From: Haliotis cracherodii
Lineage: Eukaryota
Assembly: GCF_022045235.1 (NCBI RefSeq)
Contig: NW_027266270.1
Coordinates: 34,224,001 to 34,288,000 of the forward strand
Length of the DNA stretch: 64,000 bases
Direction of reading: 5' to 3'
In this document: one piece after another, positions 23,790 through 36,700 of the stretch
Position numbering within the stretch: the stretch's first letter is position 1
Layout of the letters: each line of letters opens with the position of its first letter
Made by a program: the position numbers and the translations under genes
The notes under the pieces: generated by a model
The model's database searches: none
Told to the model about the DNA's origin: nothing
Seen by the model: the letters and a program-made list of their open reading frames with translations, nothing else

Positions 23790-26700
23790 TTCACTCACAA
23801 CCAGAACGCGGAGGTTACCCTGGATAGAATCCTCCTTCAGTTTTGTATGTATACTCTACTGGTTCAGTCCTGGCCTCACCCTCCTCAGAAACATGCTCAT
23901 CATAAATAATGTTGTACCACATGTTGTAACCAGGCACAACACCTAACACAGTTCCCTTCCATCTGCCTTCATCAAATGTGTGCTCCACCCTTTTGCCAAT
24001 CAACAGAGGTACAGCTTCAGTGGAAGTCTCATCTTGAGATCCGGACACATCCAAGGCTCCTGATATCAAACATGAAAGATTCTGCTTCAGTGCTTCAACA
24101 GACAATTTCTGGTAGGAATTACCAATTGTTTTGGTAATATTAAAGATTTTGGCATCATGGTGTGTCTGTCCAAGGACTTGTTTCCTGAACTTTATTTGGC
24201 ATTCAAGAGCTCGTTTCTTGTTAGCATCGGTGCCAAGTTCCTCCAGTTTAGCATCAACAGTTGTTGTTGTTTGCCACAGTCCATAATAGATGATGTCCGA
24301 TGTCAGCTGTTCCTTTCCATGAAGTAGTCTCTTCTCAGCTCTGGTGGCTTCTTTGTGTTTTTTTCGTCATTGCTGCTAAGCGTTGTTCTTTAACTGCCCT
24401 ACATCTATCCTGGAATTTCTTCTTTATTTCTGGAGCCATTTTCCTAGCAGTCTCAATGAACCGATTCACTTCCTCGGGTGACTTTGCCTCTAGCCAATCA
24501 AAGGGTCTTATTATGAGAGTACATTAGAAAAGCCTCATTAGCCATGTTAGCCAAGGCTGTTGCATTGGGACGGTGGCACATGAGATAGTCAAGAACACCA
24601 AAGACAAATTCAGGTAATTTGTTGTGTGGAATTACTGAGGCAGGTGAATTCCTGAATAGGTCAACATTTTCAAAGTATGTTCCACCCGGAAGTTGTTCTT
24701 TCATGCCCTGTCGCTATATAAGTGCAATAATCTTGGACGCGACGTTAAACCCAATTTCACCTCACCTCTTTCATGGCCTTTTTCAGTAAAGTATGAAAAG
24801 CTGTGAAGATAGTCTTAGCCAGTGTGACAGAGTTAAACTGCTAAGAGAAATGTGTCGTCATCATCATCTGTTTGGACAAGGATGTCGAAAACATCGTCCC
24901 TCTTCAAATACTCACAGTCAAATGGATGATCCTCTCCTGGCAGAAAACCAGAGGGATCTTTGGACATCCTCTCGAAGTCCTGCAGGAGGACAAAATAGTG
25001 GCTATTCATGTCAAGGACATGTTTGTTCTCTTCAATCAAACGCCACAGGGTTGCAGTAACCATCTTTGAGAATAAGCCAAGATCTTTGATCCATGCTTGA
25101 AGCAGTTCCTTTTGTAGTCTGTTTGAAGCAGGGTTGACATAGGTAAAGAACTCAATTATCTTCTTTCAGTGATAAAAGGCAATCCCAGCAACAACAAAAA
25201 CAATGTTGAACCTGTACCTCTGAACTGTGGGAATCTTACTTTGAAGTTACCCTGTGACTGCATCCACACTGAAAATTGGCCATAGCATCCATTTTTTTCA
25301 TCAACACCACGCGCAAAGCATTTCGAACACATTCACAATAAATTGATAGTTTGTGAATCATCACCAAATTGTTTGGGTTTTTCCGAAATCCCACTTTCAA
25401 ATTTCCGCAAGATCCCCAAACCCAAGAATTTCCCTAAATATGTCTGTCCTGTACATTTCCAGAAGATCTTTGAAAGCAAGATTTGTAGCTGCACGATCTG
25501 ACATCAGGCTCTGAATGTTTGTCAACACCAAATAAGATGGAGATAGGACATCACTGTTTTCCTCACGTTCAGTTACTGCATCCGAGATGTCAGCTAGAAT
25601 TTCCTTGAAAGTATCAAGAGTTGTTTTGGAGGACTTGTTTGCCATTTCCCTAAGACCAAACAGGTATGATCTCTTTTCATTATCTGAAATAAGAAATGTG
25701 ATGTAGGTTTAACCAAACTTTCTGGTCTCATCAGAATAAAGCGTTGTTGATGTTTGTTCAGGTGTTACTTCAGATAGTTGAAGCTGAGTGACACCAGCTT
25801 GGATGGGAGTGAATTTGTTCACTGTGGATCTCGATGGTAATCTGTCGGGAACCTTACCTGCCAGACTTAGTACACTTTTAATAACAGGTCCTACACTCAC
25901 GCTAGCAACTTTTTCAGATTTCAAATCAAATACACATTTGATGGTTGCGTCACTGAAACGCCACCCATTTGTATCAAATAGGTTAATTTTGCTGTCATCC
26001 TGAAGCAAAGTTTCAAAGTAATCTGATGATTCCTTCCAATTAGAACATTCCTTCTGTAGTCTTTCATAATCTCCACGGGGAACATGTCCATGTCCATTGT
26101 GTTCATTTCCCTCTGTAGCATCTGTAGGAGATTCTGATTTTGTTTCCAAGTGCGATATTGTCATTTTGAATTGTGAATTCAAAGTACCGGTACTCAGTTC
26201 TTTAAGTTCTTTCTCCAAGTCATGAATAGTTTTTCACTGTTTAGTTTTATCTTCCTTCAAAGAGTCCACCTTGCTGTCACGTCTTTCAAGTTTCCTTTTC
26301 AATTGTTTCTTTCCTTCACTCAGATCTGCAACCTTAGAGCTTTGCTTCGATAACTGTTCAGTAGGGTCTTCTTTCGCAGAAGTAGACGAAATACACTGAA
26401 CAGGTACTGAAAATATTTTCTCGAGAGAGTCTTCTTTTGCAGAACCTCTCAGAGGTTTGAACTGGGAATGTAATCTGTCATATTTAGACAGTAAGGCCTT
26501 AGGATTCACTTCCCTAATGTCAGTGTGAGTTAATCTAGCAATGAACTCAGTGAAATGTTTTCTTTCTAATTGTGGGTTGTATTTCACCATAGGCAATAAA
26601 TCATGGCAGATTCCAAACGTAAGTGTAATCTTAGGAACAGTTTTTTGACACATCCAGTAAATCATCAAAGTTAATGTTCTTGCTTAGTAATCTGTCCAGG

Positions 26701-27734
26701 GTGATATCCATTTTTGCTTCATTCCAGATATAGATTTGTGGATTATGAGAAAATCCCCAGTAACAACTGTTTGTGTTCCCTCGTCTTCATGAGTCACTTC
26801 ACGTGTTGGTACCCTGCTGAAGTAGCGTTCAATTCTTAGAGCATAATCATCTTGCAGGGTTGATTCTTCATCTGGATTGTAGGGGGCACGGCTGGCCCAG
26901 TCGTCTAAGGTGCCGCGATTCGCTGTGCAGAGTTGCGCCCCTTGGGCACGCCATGATTGTGGGTTTGAATCCCGGTTCGCCCCAATTATGTTTCTAGGTT
27001 TGTCAGCACCATATCCGTGCTCGTGGGTTTCACCAAAGTGGTAAACGTCTGAGACCTGCATCACCTCAGGCTTTCGGGCTACTGTTAAAAGCGGCGTTAA
27101 ACCCAACTCAATCACTCACTCACTCATCTGGATTGTACTGTACCTCTTCTACCTGACTCTCCTCTTTAGTTGTCTTTAATGACATCCTCCTCTTGTTCTT
27201 TAGATGCAGACACGTCAGATGTATTGTCTGTTACTGCATCTTCCCTGAAGTCACACTCGGGTGGTTGTGTCTCCTGTGAATCTTCACCGCCACTTGCTAG
27301 ACACGTCTGAGCAAAAACAAGTTCAATGCAACCATAACAAGTAACATTTACTTATAACATGTATAAATCTCATTCATCACGTTCATACAAACATCCGAAA
27401 ATAGCCTTTCTTAAAAAATGTTCTGTTGACGTGACACTTGCATAACTTTATCATGAAAATGAAATAAATCAAGTGAAATATCATGCTTAAACAAGTAAAC
27501 AAACTTAGTGCATTACATAAGTATAACATCAAAATGTATTATCAGCTGATAATCAGTATTGCAATGATATGAGTATCTATATTTGAATTTCATCTTCAAA
27601 TCACCTGATAACATTTCATCTAATAGATTTATGATGATTATTGTATCATTAACATAACTGTACCACATGTATACCCTCAATGACTTCCACAGGCAATCTG
27701 CTCCCTCGAGATCTAGTAGGGGTCGCTTGCTCAT
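23790..27734 (-). pseudogene. Decayed DDE (RNase H-fold) transposase gene with C-terminal Spindlin/Tudor-like domain
   Basis: Collinear same-strand ORF fragments broken by stops and frameshifts: acidic/coiled-coil N-terminus, PSRSTV, TTLYSDET (D ~25730), LFGLREM, MSDRAATN (D ~25497), RFNIV, QLPGG, HNKLPEFVF (E ~24610), PNA...NKT, YGLWQ, LIGKRVEHTF...W...WYNIIYD...GNLRVL. Likely first exon 27675-27734 (MSKRPLLDLEGADCLWKSLR|gt) spliced to an acceptor at 27306. Interrupted by two SINE insertions with TSDs. TIRs not located. Confidence 0.7.
26882..27123 (+). mobile_element. tRNA(Leu/Ser-like) SINE inserted into the transposase pseudogene
   Basis: Perfect 14-bp TSD TCATCTGGATTGTA at 26868-26881 and 27124-27137. 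Confidence 0.85.
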
Positions 27735-29028
27735 TTCTGATTGTCTGTTTGAACATAGCAAAGTATGATGGTGGTGTCTTCAGTTTCATGCAATATATCA
27801 AATATATTGCTTTAAATTGCAAATTGCATCCTAAAATATTAGGAGGGCTTCCAAAAAGTCACTGATCTAGAAAAAATGTCAAATACATAATTACATTGTT
27901 ATCATATATGTTAGTGTTTGATTAGTTTTTAATACAAATTAGATATCGATTATTAAAGAAGTGTTACTGTACACAGTTTAACACCTTCCAAATTAGAACA
28001 TTGAAACTAGGAAACATGAAATATATTCTCTCACCAAACTTATCACAATACTTCATAATTTCTCTTTTACCTTTAACCGCGATATAACTGGAATATTGTT
28101 AAAAGCGGCGTTAAACCCAACTCACTCAATTTTACCTTTAATCTGCAAATATGTTTCATTGCTTTTATATAAGAATGTTAGTTTCTAATTAATGGTTCAC
28201 TTACTTCTTATGTTGTTATATGTACATAGTGTGCATTGTGGTAAATTTGAAACATACTAAATGTACCTACTTATTTACTTCACTTAAAAAGTAAATGTAA
28301 AATCTGAAAACATTCAGAGCCAGGAGTTATTTCCCTTTGGTAAGCACAGCACATGGAAGTCATGTTGACAGAAAAGCTGTCCCGATCTTTCTGTATTTTT
28401 TACGAATTTGCAACTATCATACGAATATGTAAGTTCTTCCCTATTTCATACAAATAATAAGCTAATATACGAAAAGAAATCACAAGTACAGAAGACTCTT
28501 AGACACCTTTAAAGAGGTGCTTTGAATGCAATGTTAAAAAATGAGTCCAGTGGAAAAATACATCCAAGTTTGCCTGCAAAGGGCACTTCGTTTGAAATTG
28601 GACATAAATCCTGTCTGTCTGTCTGTCTGTCTGTCAACTATGACATGATCTCTTCAATACATATATATACAAACGATGACTTTCAACCTGTTAGTGTTAG
28701 TCAGACCTGGACTAATGCCGTTGCTCACAGTGTCTCTGCTGTTTCCAAGTTTAATGTTAATGAACCAGGGAAAAGATTTATTCCATTGCTTTCCGAAGTA
28801 AGAATTCTTTTTGTTTGCCTTTTCATGGTAGTTTATCATTTATTACAAAAACAATAACTTTTCTTCGCAATTCAAGGTGTTCAAGCTTCACATGTAAGTT
28901 AAGTTTTATAATTTTCCAGAGAAGTATTCTTCATCCTCAACCATGGCAGTGGTATCTGCTTTTATTTATTTATATTGTATCATAGATGTTGAACAAATTG
29001 AGAATGTCACCCATATGCCTTTTCATAT

Positions 29029-29198
29029 CGGGTAGCCTAGTGGTTAAAGTGTTCGCTCGTCACGTCAAAGACCCGGGTTCGATTCCCCACGGGGGTACAA
29101 TGTGTGAAGCCCATTTCTGGTGTCTACTGCAGTGCTATTGCATTAATATTAATATCTAAAAGTGGCTTAAAACCATTCTCACTCAATTACTCACTCAC
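29029..29198 (+). mobile_element. tRNA(Asp-like)-derived SINE
   Basis: Same family. Confidence 0.8.
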
Positions 29199-29980
29199 TT
29201 TATGTATCGACACAAGTCAACACGATTTTAAAACTCTCTGGGTGAAAATGATAACTTTATGAACACAATCCCTTGAAATGTATTGCTTATTGTTGTACAC
29301 AGTAATGGCTTGATTGGTGAGCCAGTTTATTAGAATCTGAAAAAAAGGATACTTTTTGTTTTTGTTTCATCAGAACTAACAGCTGTTTTGTTTTATTATC
29401 TGCTCCTTTTCACCCCTTACATAAAAACGTATCTGTTTTACCCTCCTTTTTTATCCTCGAACCCTATACCATTTAAAACTCATTCAATAAGAAATTCTAG
29501 CATTTATACACTGAGGTGTTGTGCAGAAATGAAGGTGAGCTTCTGTACCTGTGTTAGTCGGGTTCAGTTTATTATATGTTAGTCTCTTTTGTGATTATTT
29601 GGGCAGTTACCATGGTTACAAGCATCGCTGCATGTTTTTTACTTTTGAACATTATTTAAAGGCATTCTTCGCTTGTTAGAGTAACCCCCTTTTCATTTAA
29701 TTAAGGGAGTGTGTGACAAGACAGTATTGACAGTGAGTGGGTTGGTTTTGACACCACTTCAAACATAACAGCAGACTATGGTTATAACGAATCCAGAGGG
29801 ACCGCTCATTTTAGTTCGTTATAACCGTAGTTTATCATAAACATATATGGAGCAACTGGACAGGACCAAAAAACAGTTCTTTACATCGTCAATTCGTTAT
29901 AAGCGTGTTCATTATAAACATAATTTACGATATTCCCATTTAATATGATGTTTACAACTTTGGTGAAACCTACAATGACA

Positions 29981-30113
29981 AGCATGGTGCTGACAAACCT
30001 AGAAACATAATTGGAGCAAACCAGGATTCCAACCCACAATAACAGGTTTCTGGCGTGTCCAAGGGATGCAACTCTGCACAGAGAATTGCGGCGACTTAGA
30101 CGACTGTGCCACC
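29981..30113 (-). mobile_element. Degenerate head of the tRNA(Leu/Ser-like) SINE
   Basis: Reverse complement aligns to 22130-22265. Confidence 0.65.
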
Positions 30114-30636
30114 TCTGGCTTGCGGTATTGACAGAAAAGTCATTCACTACAAATAGAAGAAAATGTTGAAGTTAGTGTGCCCTATAATGTCAAATCACTG
30201 GACTATTTTTTTTTCTGTCTGCAGGCTTATGGAAAAAGAGGTGAAAATGGGATCTTGCGGAACAAGGCATGTGTTCGTATTATATGTGGATGTGCTGGTT
30301 GTGGGCTTTTAGGTTTTATTATTTTGTTTTATAAATTTTTTCAGTATTTGGCCTTATGAATGTTAACCTTTGATTTTGGGGTAATGAACATGATGACGCT
30401 AGGCACTGTAAGTTAGTGATCAGTGTTGGGAGGGGCTTGGGGTCTTCTGAGGTATTTGGAGCTTTATCTTTTAATATTAACTTAACTGACCTCTTCACTG
30501 TCATATTAATTTTGAAAGCTGAACAAAATACAGTGACAGCAAGAATGCCTTTAGCCTTTTGCAAGTGGGTCAGTCTTTGTTAAGGTGCATCTCATCCTTG
30601 GGCAGCGCACCTAAGTTTCAAAGTTCTTATGAAAGC

Positions 30637-30792
30637 GGGGCGGTTGGGTAGCCTAGTGGTTAAAGCATTAGCTCATCATGCCGAAGACCCGGGTTCGATT
30701 CCCATGTTGTGAAGCCCATTTCTGGTGTCCTCTGCCGTGATATTGCTGGAATATTGTTAAAAGCGGCGTAAACCATACTCACTCACTCACTC
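30637..30792 (+). mobile_element. tRNA(Asp-like)-derived SINE
   Basis: Same family; TGAAAGC direct repeats flank it. Confidence 0.8.
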
Positions 30793-33700
30793 TACTGAAA
30801 GCATTGTTCATATCTTTCCGTAATGTTATTATTACAAAAAAAAGGTGTACCGAAAGATAATCTTCAATGTCATGTTTGAGTAAATGCCACACAATTACAC
30901 ATGGCTAGATAACACCATTAATACTCACATAGTCCTCATTGTGCCTTCACATGTCTTTGTGTGATGTATTTCAATCTGCATCAGTTTGCGAGGAATTCAC
31001 AGAGTGAAATGAATTACGGCGTGACCCCCTTTCTTTAGATTGATTTCTTGAGCAAAAGCTGAATTGAGGCCAGTACTTCAAGCCGCTGGGTCATTTCATG
31101 TCCTCTTCCCTGAAAATGACGAGCATTTTTCTTGATTATGTTCATGAATGGCCATTTCAAGTGATGCTGTACATTGAAGCCACCTACGAGCCGTGGAACT
31201 GTCTCAACCTGCACAATCCTCCTCAGACAAGAAACCGCTTCCTTCAGACAATAAATATTCTGGGATTTCAGATAATCTTGTTGAGAACATGTGTATTCAT
31301 TTAATGTTAGGCAACACTTTCTTAATTTTATGCTTCATGGATTTATTCCAGTTTTTCCACACAAGGTCGTTTGAAATTATAATAAATATAAATAGCTATG
31401 TCAATCATTCATTTATTTTTATGAAAGCCATTCTGCCGTGGAGTTAAAACTACAGGTGGCCTTTTGAATCACTGATAGTAATGAAGACATGGAATATATA
31501 TAAGAGGGATTATATTACTAGTGGGAGACATAATAGAAATAAATACTTTTTTGTTTCATTTCTTTCTTTTCCACCTGCTTTTCAGTAGTGGTGGCGGGCC
31601 CGTGAAACGAACAATAGCAATGTGTAGCCTTAACCACCCCCCACCCCCCCACATAACCCTTATAAATTCTGGGTTTTCTTTAAGGCTAATCCTTATGTCA
31701 CTGGTCTCCTAGCTAGTCTTGCTTGAACAAGACAAACATGTTTAACATGTTTCAATTCCAATTCGTAGCACGAACTGAAGACTTGAGAACTGGTTCTGAA
31801 TTATAGGATTTTTACTTCTCCTCAGCACAATATGGTAGTCTCTGAATAGCTAACTAGTGGGAATTTCAAAGACTGCTCGTCATAAGAGGGGGCCTAGGCT
31901 CGAGGTATTTGGCAGTCCTAGCAAATTTCATCCAAGCTCTCCAACACCACTTTCTGTCTGCTACTAGTGTTAGTTAACATTCTATCATGCATTACAGAGG
32001 AAGAATGTCTCAGTTTTACACATAGTCGTGATTGCAATGTCTAACAAGGGAGACAACTGGCACCAGGATATGAAGCATAATCCCCTTTAATTCCTGAATG
32101 CCATAGTGAGTGAGTTAAATATTAACATTACATTGGGAGTATTTCAGCCATATCGTGACGAGATAAAGTTAAACATTGACAATAAATATATTTAGAGTAT
32201 AAAAATGTGTCGAAGGACAATACAATAAGTAGACTATCACAGATTTTATTTACAACTGGTTGGAGAACATGTAAGATAATAAACTATCATTCAACAACAC
32301 ATATAAAAACAGGCTACAGATTGCTAGCAACCAAAGTTAGGCCACCCTGATAGGGACCGTGGGGACTTCGCTACTTCTACTGCTGGCAATTATCCACAGT
32401 GTTATCCATCAATTTAAATTTACCAGTATACTGTGAATAAAACTATGGTAGGAATAACATACTTTGAAAGACATGGTCTTACGATGCCTTCTCAGGGGAC
32501 AATATTTTTACAGTATTCCAACCCCCATCAAGGGCACAGCCACAAACAATCTCAGTTAATAATTATATACTACCAATTTATAAATAAACCCCACAAAAAC
32601 AGCTATGTACATCAAAATTTATCAATAAGTTCAATCTCTTTTACAAAACTGATCATTAAACGAGAGGTGATGTTGTAAAAAAGATCCTTTATGGATGAAA
32701 CTTTGAAATAGTTATCCCTTGTGATGGAAAAATCAATAGTCAAGCAGGACATGCTTGACGTGATTCTTTTATCACAAGGGAAACAAAATGGATAATTCTC
32801 ACCTTTCAATAAATATTCATGTGTATATCTGTTGTGGCCAGTACGACATCGTCACATAATGACCTCTTCAAATCTGGACTGACAGCCCAAGTAGGTGTAA
32901 CCGATATTTGGTTTTATTGCATGTAATTTATTTAAAACATAGGTTTATAGTCACTGAAATACATAAGAAGTGGTGTCACAGATTTGTTGAGTGCTGCTTT
33001 AGCTTTAGCTTTAGCTTCATCCATTGTGTTACCAACGATTCCAACATGGCTAGGCAACCAACTAAGAGACGATGTAGTATTGGCCGGTAGCAAGATTATT
33101 ATGTAATTCATTGGTGTCAAGTAAAATGTCATAATACAAGGTTTCACAGTACAGGCCTACTGTTTTATACATTGTATATTCAAATGTCTGTGTTATATAT
33201 ATGAACTACTGCCATGTTGTACATATTGTTGGTATATAGCTGATGTTTTTCCCATTAATTATGATTAATGTAAACACAAATTGATTATACACATGGACAT
33301 GCTGTTGACACAAATAGTGTGTGATACTTTGTTGTGTTTATAAATTGTCAGTAGTGCTCTCCGTGTTTTTGTTGGCATCCATGTAGCCTAATTCATAAAC
33401 TCACACCGTGAAACCCTGATTAACCAGACACAACCTGGTGATAGTCCACTAGTCCTTATAATATGTTAACTTATAGCAAATCCCTTAAAAATGGCATATT
33501 TCTACAACTCTTTATGATATTGGGCATGTGATCATGCACACCTCTTTAGTTATACAAACTACATTTTCTATTTTCTCTGGTATCGCACTCTTTTTTTTAC
33601 ATTCATTACAATCAATAAGATGCTTTTATCAATTTGTCGTTTGCAAACTGACGTACACCAATATTCCCAAAATTCGATTTACCCGCGGTACATGTGCTTA

Positions 33701-36700
33701 TCCTCAACACTATGTACTATAGATTTTGTGATATATACAGGGTTATGCATTTTTGGAAAAATAGCTCTAATATGTTGTTGGATTTTTGTTTACATGTAAA
33801 TAAGTCACGTGACACTGCCCGCGTGTCTCTTCTAAAGTTGAATTTGAGCAGGGTGATTATATGGTTTGTTTTTTAATATTTCTTCCTAAGAGTGAGTTTT
33901 GTTCATCAGTTTTAGATAAATATTCCTCTCTTCTAATGAAACAGAGCTAAAGTAAAACGAGATGCGATCATGTGCGTGCTATCACGTGGAGTTGGCGATA
34001 ATTGGTGCTCGGCAGTAACTGGTTGCTAGCCAGTGTAGGACAAGAGCCCATTTCTGAACCTTGATACAACACATACTCACCTTCTTGGCCTGTTTTCTGT
34101 AGAGGAGTAACAATAGGTGTTTTTTTTGTAGATGATGCGTATCCTGATACTATGGGAGCGATACAATTCGTACCCTGATACAGTACTTATATGTCATAAG
34201 TTGATATTCTTTCTTTTTGCAAGTGAATCACAACCATGAATCATTTGTTATTAAGTTTCAGGATCCAAGATAGGGCAGAACATATAGGCTAGAAGGCACT
34301 GTAAATGTTATGCTATTGATGGCCACCCGGGAAATACTACAGAATCTGTGTAAGCTGTTTGTTGAACAGTTTCTGTTAATAATCATGTTTTTACAACAAT
34401 ACAGTATAACTTGTAATGTAACGTACCATATGTATCGCCGTGCAGGGCTTGTAAATCGATGTATTGTATCGTGGGCCTCGTATCAGGATACAACACTGTA
34501 TCTCTGTATCGTTACACCACGATCTAATAGTAAGGGACCAATGGTATATCAGGCTCCTATGGTTGATGGTGGGACGTCACAGTATTACCAGTGAAGGGAG
34601 AAAATAGGATCACAACACACCCCATGTTATAGAGTCCCCCTGGGGACTCAAGGTAACAGAATGTCCCCGGCAACCTATGATGTCATACAGGGTCAGACTC
34701 AGCGACTTGATGGACAGCGTGTCATCGTACACCAGTGGACAGGGATGTTGCTCAAAATATTAATCACTGGGTTGTCTGGTCCATACTCAATTATTTACAG
34801 GCAGCTGGGAAATAACTACAATATTGTCAAGTGTGGTGAGGTATTTGTAAACAGGAAACAAACAACTCATAATCTGTGGCCTGATGTCTTGTGAAATCTT
34901 TTACAGGGATTGTGATGCATGACTAGATGCCGACAACTGCATAATTGTAATCCTTTATTAGTCCAGATGATGCATAACTTACGGGTGAAGAGTTTAGTAT
35001 TCTGCATCCAAATCTATATTTATATATGGTCTGCAGGATTCTGTATTGCTGAGACCAAGCTACTAGCAGGTAGTGTTCACATAGAATGTATTCTAAGATG
35101 CTTTGCTAAAAGATCAAAGGTGCCAACTTTACAATATTCTATGACAAGGTGCACATGTAAGTTACATTGTAATGGGCTTACATATACCAGTTCCAATTAC
35201 CTTCCCGGTATCTAACGTATCCTTGGTAACATTGTTGTGTCATTACTGACAATCAAGATGCAAGCATCCTCATGCTGTAGCTATTAACGTTCAAGGCAGA
35301 ACTATACTTTAATACTGTACACATTGAGGTGGACAAACTGTTTCTTAGACATGTGGTTGATAAGACTCAGACAGGTGTCTTACTGTGCTGTAAGGATTTG
35401 TAGCCAATTTGCTGAGGGACCACATGGAAACCTGTTTAATTTCCATGGCTATTGAGGAACCCAAACAGATTTGTTCTATGCAATAGTATGGTACAACTAG
35501 TCAGTTAGTTGAGATCAGTTGTCAACTAGGAGCGTAGCCTTGCTTCAAGGCTGTACTGAAAGATAAGTCCATGGATGTGGAGTAGTTCTATTCTCCTAAT
35601 AGGCGAGTCTAGATATGTGGACTCCAGTTTCTTATAGGGATAACTTGTTCTTATTATTTACAAAATCTAAACAGTATGATTTAAACTAATAATTATTGCC
35701 TTACAGACTTGTGCAAGTCTACTAGGACAGCCACTTGTCATAGTTTATAGGGCTGGGACCAGGCCAAATTGACTACCCAGGTACCGACCCCCTGTTATGT
35801 AATGACTATTACAGCAGTTTCCTGGGCATCGGCTCATGTTTGGGTTTGAGGCCACCCCATAGTTTGCTAGTTGTGTTAGGTTGGCGGTCTCACAGTCTTG
35901 AGCTCGTCTCCAGATTGCGAAAACAGCTTTTCCATGACGGGGTCTTGGCTCTGGAATTTTTAATGACATGGTCACCTGTGGATAACAGTCCACCCCGAAC
36001 TGTTGACACATGAATCCAACATTACGGTCGTCTCTTATTGATGCAGTTATTTCACTGGGAGAATGACGATTCTTACTTCCAACACCAGTAATGGGATGAC
36101 TGTTGCATAATTTTATACTACTCAAAATAAGTTCAGGACCACCTGATTCTTTCACGAAACTATAGTTAATCAGCCATGACAGATCAGCTATAGGGATATG
36201 CAAGAATCAGGGGTCATTCATTTCTTTTGAGTAGTATGCAATGTTAAATGATCATAGTTTTGTAGTTGTGAGATTGTATAGTATTTTTTATTGAATATTA
36301 ATGTTTTATTTTTTTCTTGTTATCTGAATCATGTATTGACAAGAATATTTCATTTTATTGATGGCTGTGTTTATGTGCAGTATTTTACAATTCTTGCATT
36401 TTTTACACTGAACATTACTCAAGCTTTAGGCTCCAAATTGTGAACCATCCTGCTCATTGGGAGATCACCCTCAGATTATTTTTAGAAAAAGGGTCTAGTT
36501 AGGACTCCTGAGATGTACCGGTACTTATTACTCATGTGTGTTGTTTAATCAAATGTGCAGACCTTTGTTCATTAGCTTGTGAACCATTTTACTACTTCAA
36601 CTGTCTTGTATATTCACATTTTTGCAATTCCCAGTTTTCACTTGTACCATATATTCACATGATTTTTCAAGTGAACAATTGACTTGCCTTTACATGTGTT

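Noticed and set aside
26684-27115. 143-aa ORF as an independent gene
   Set aside because: A chimera of antisense SINE sequence and a transposase fragment.
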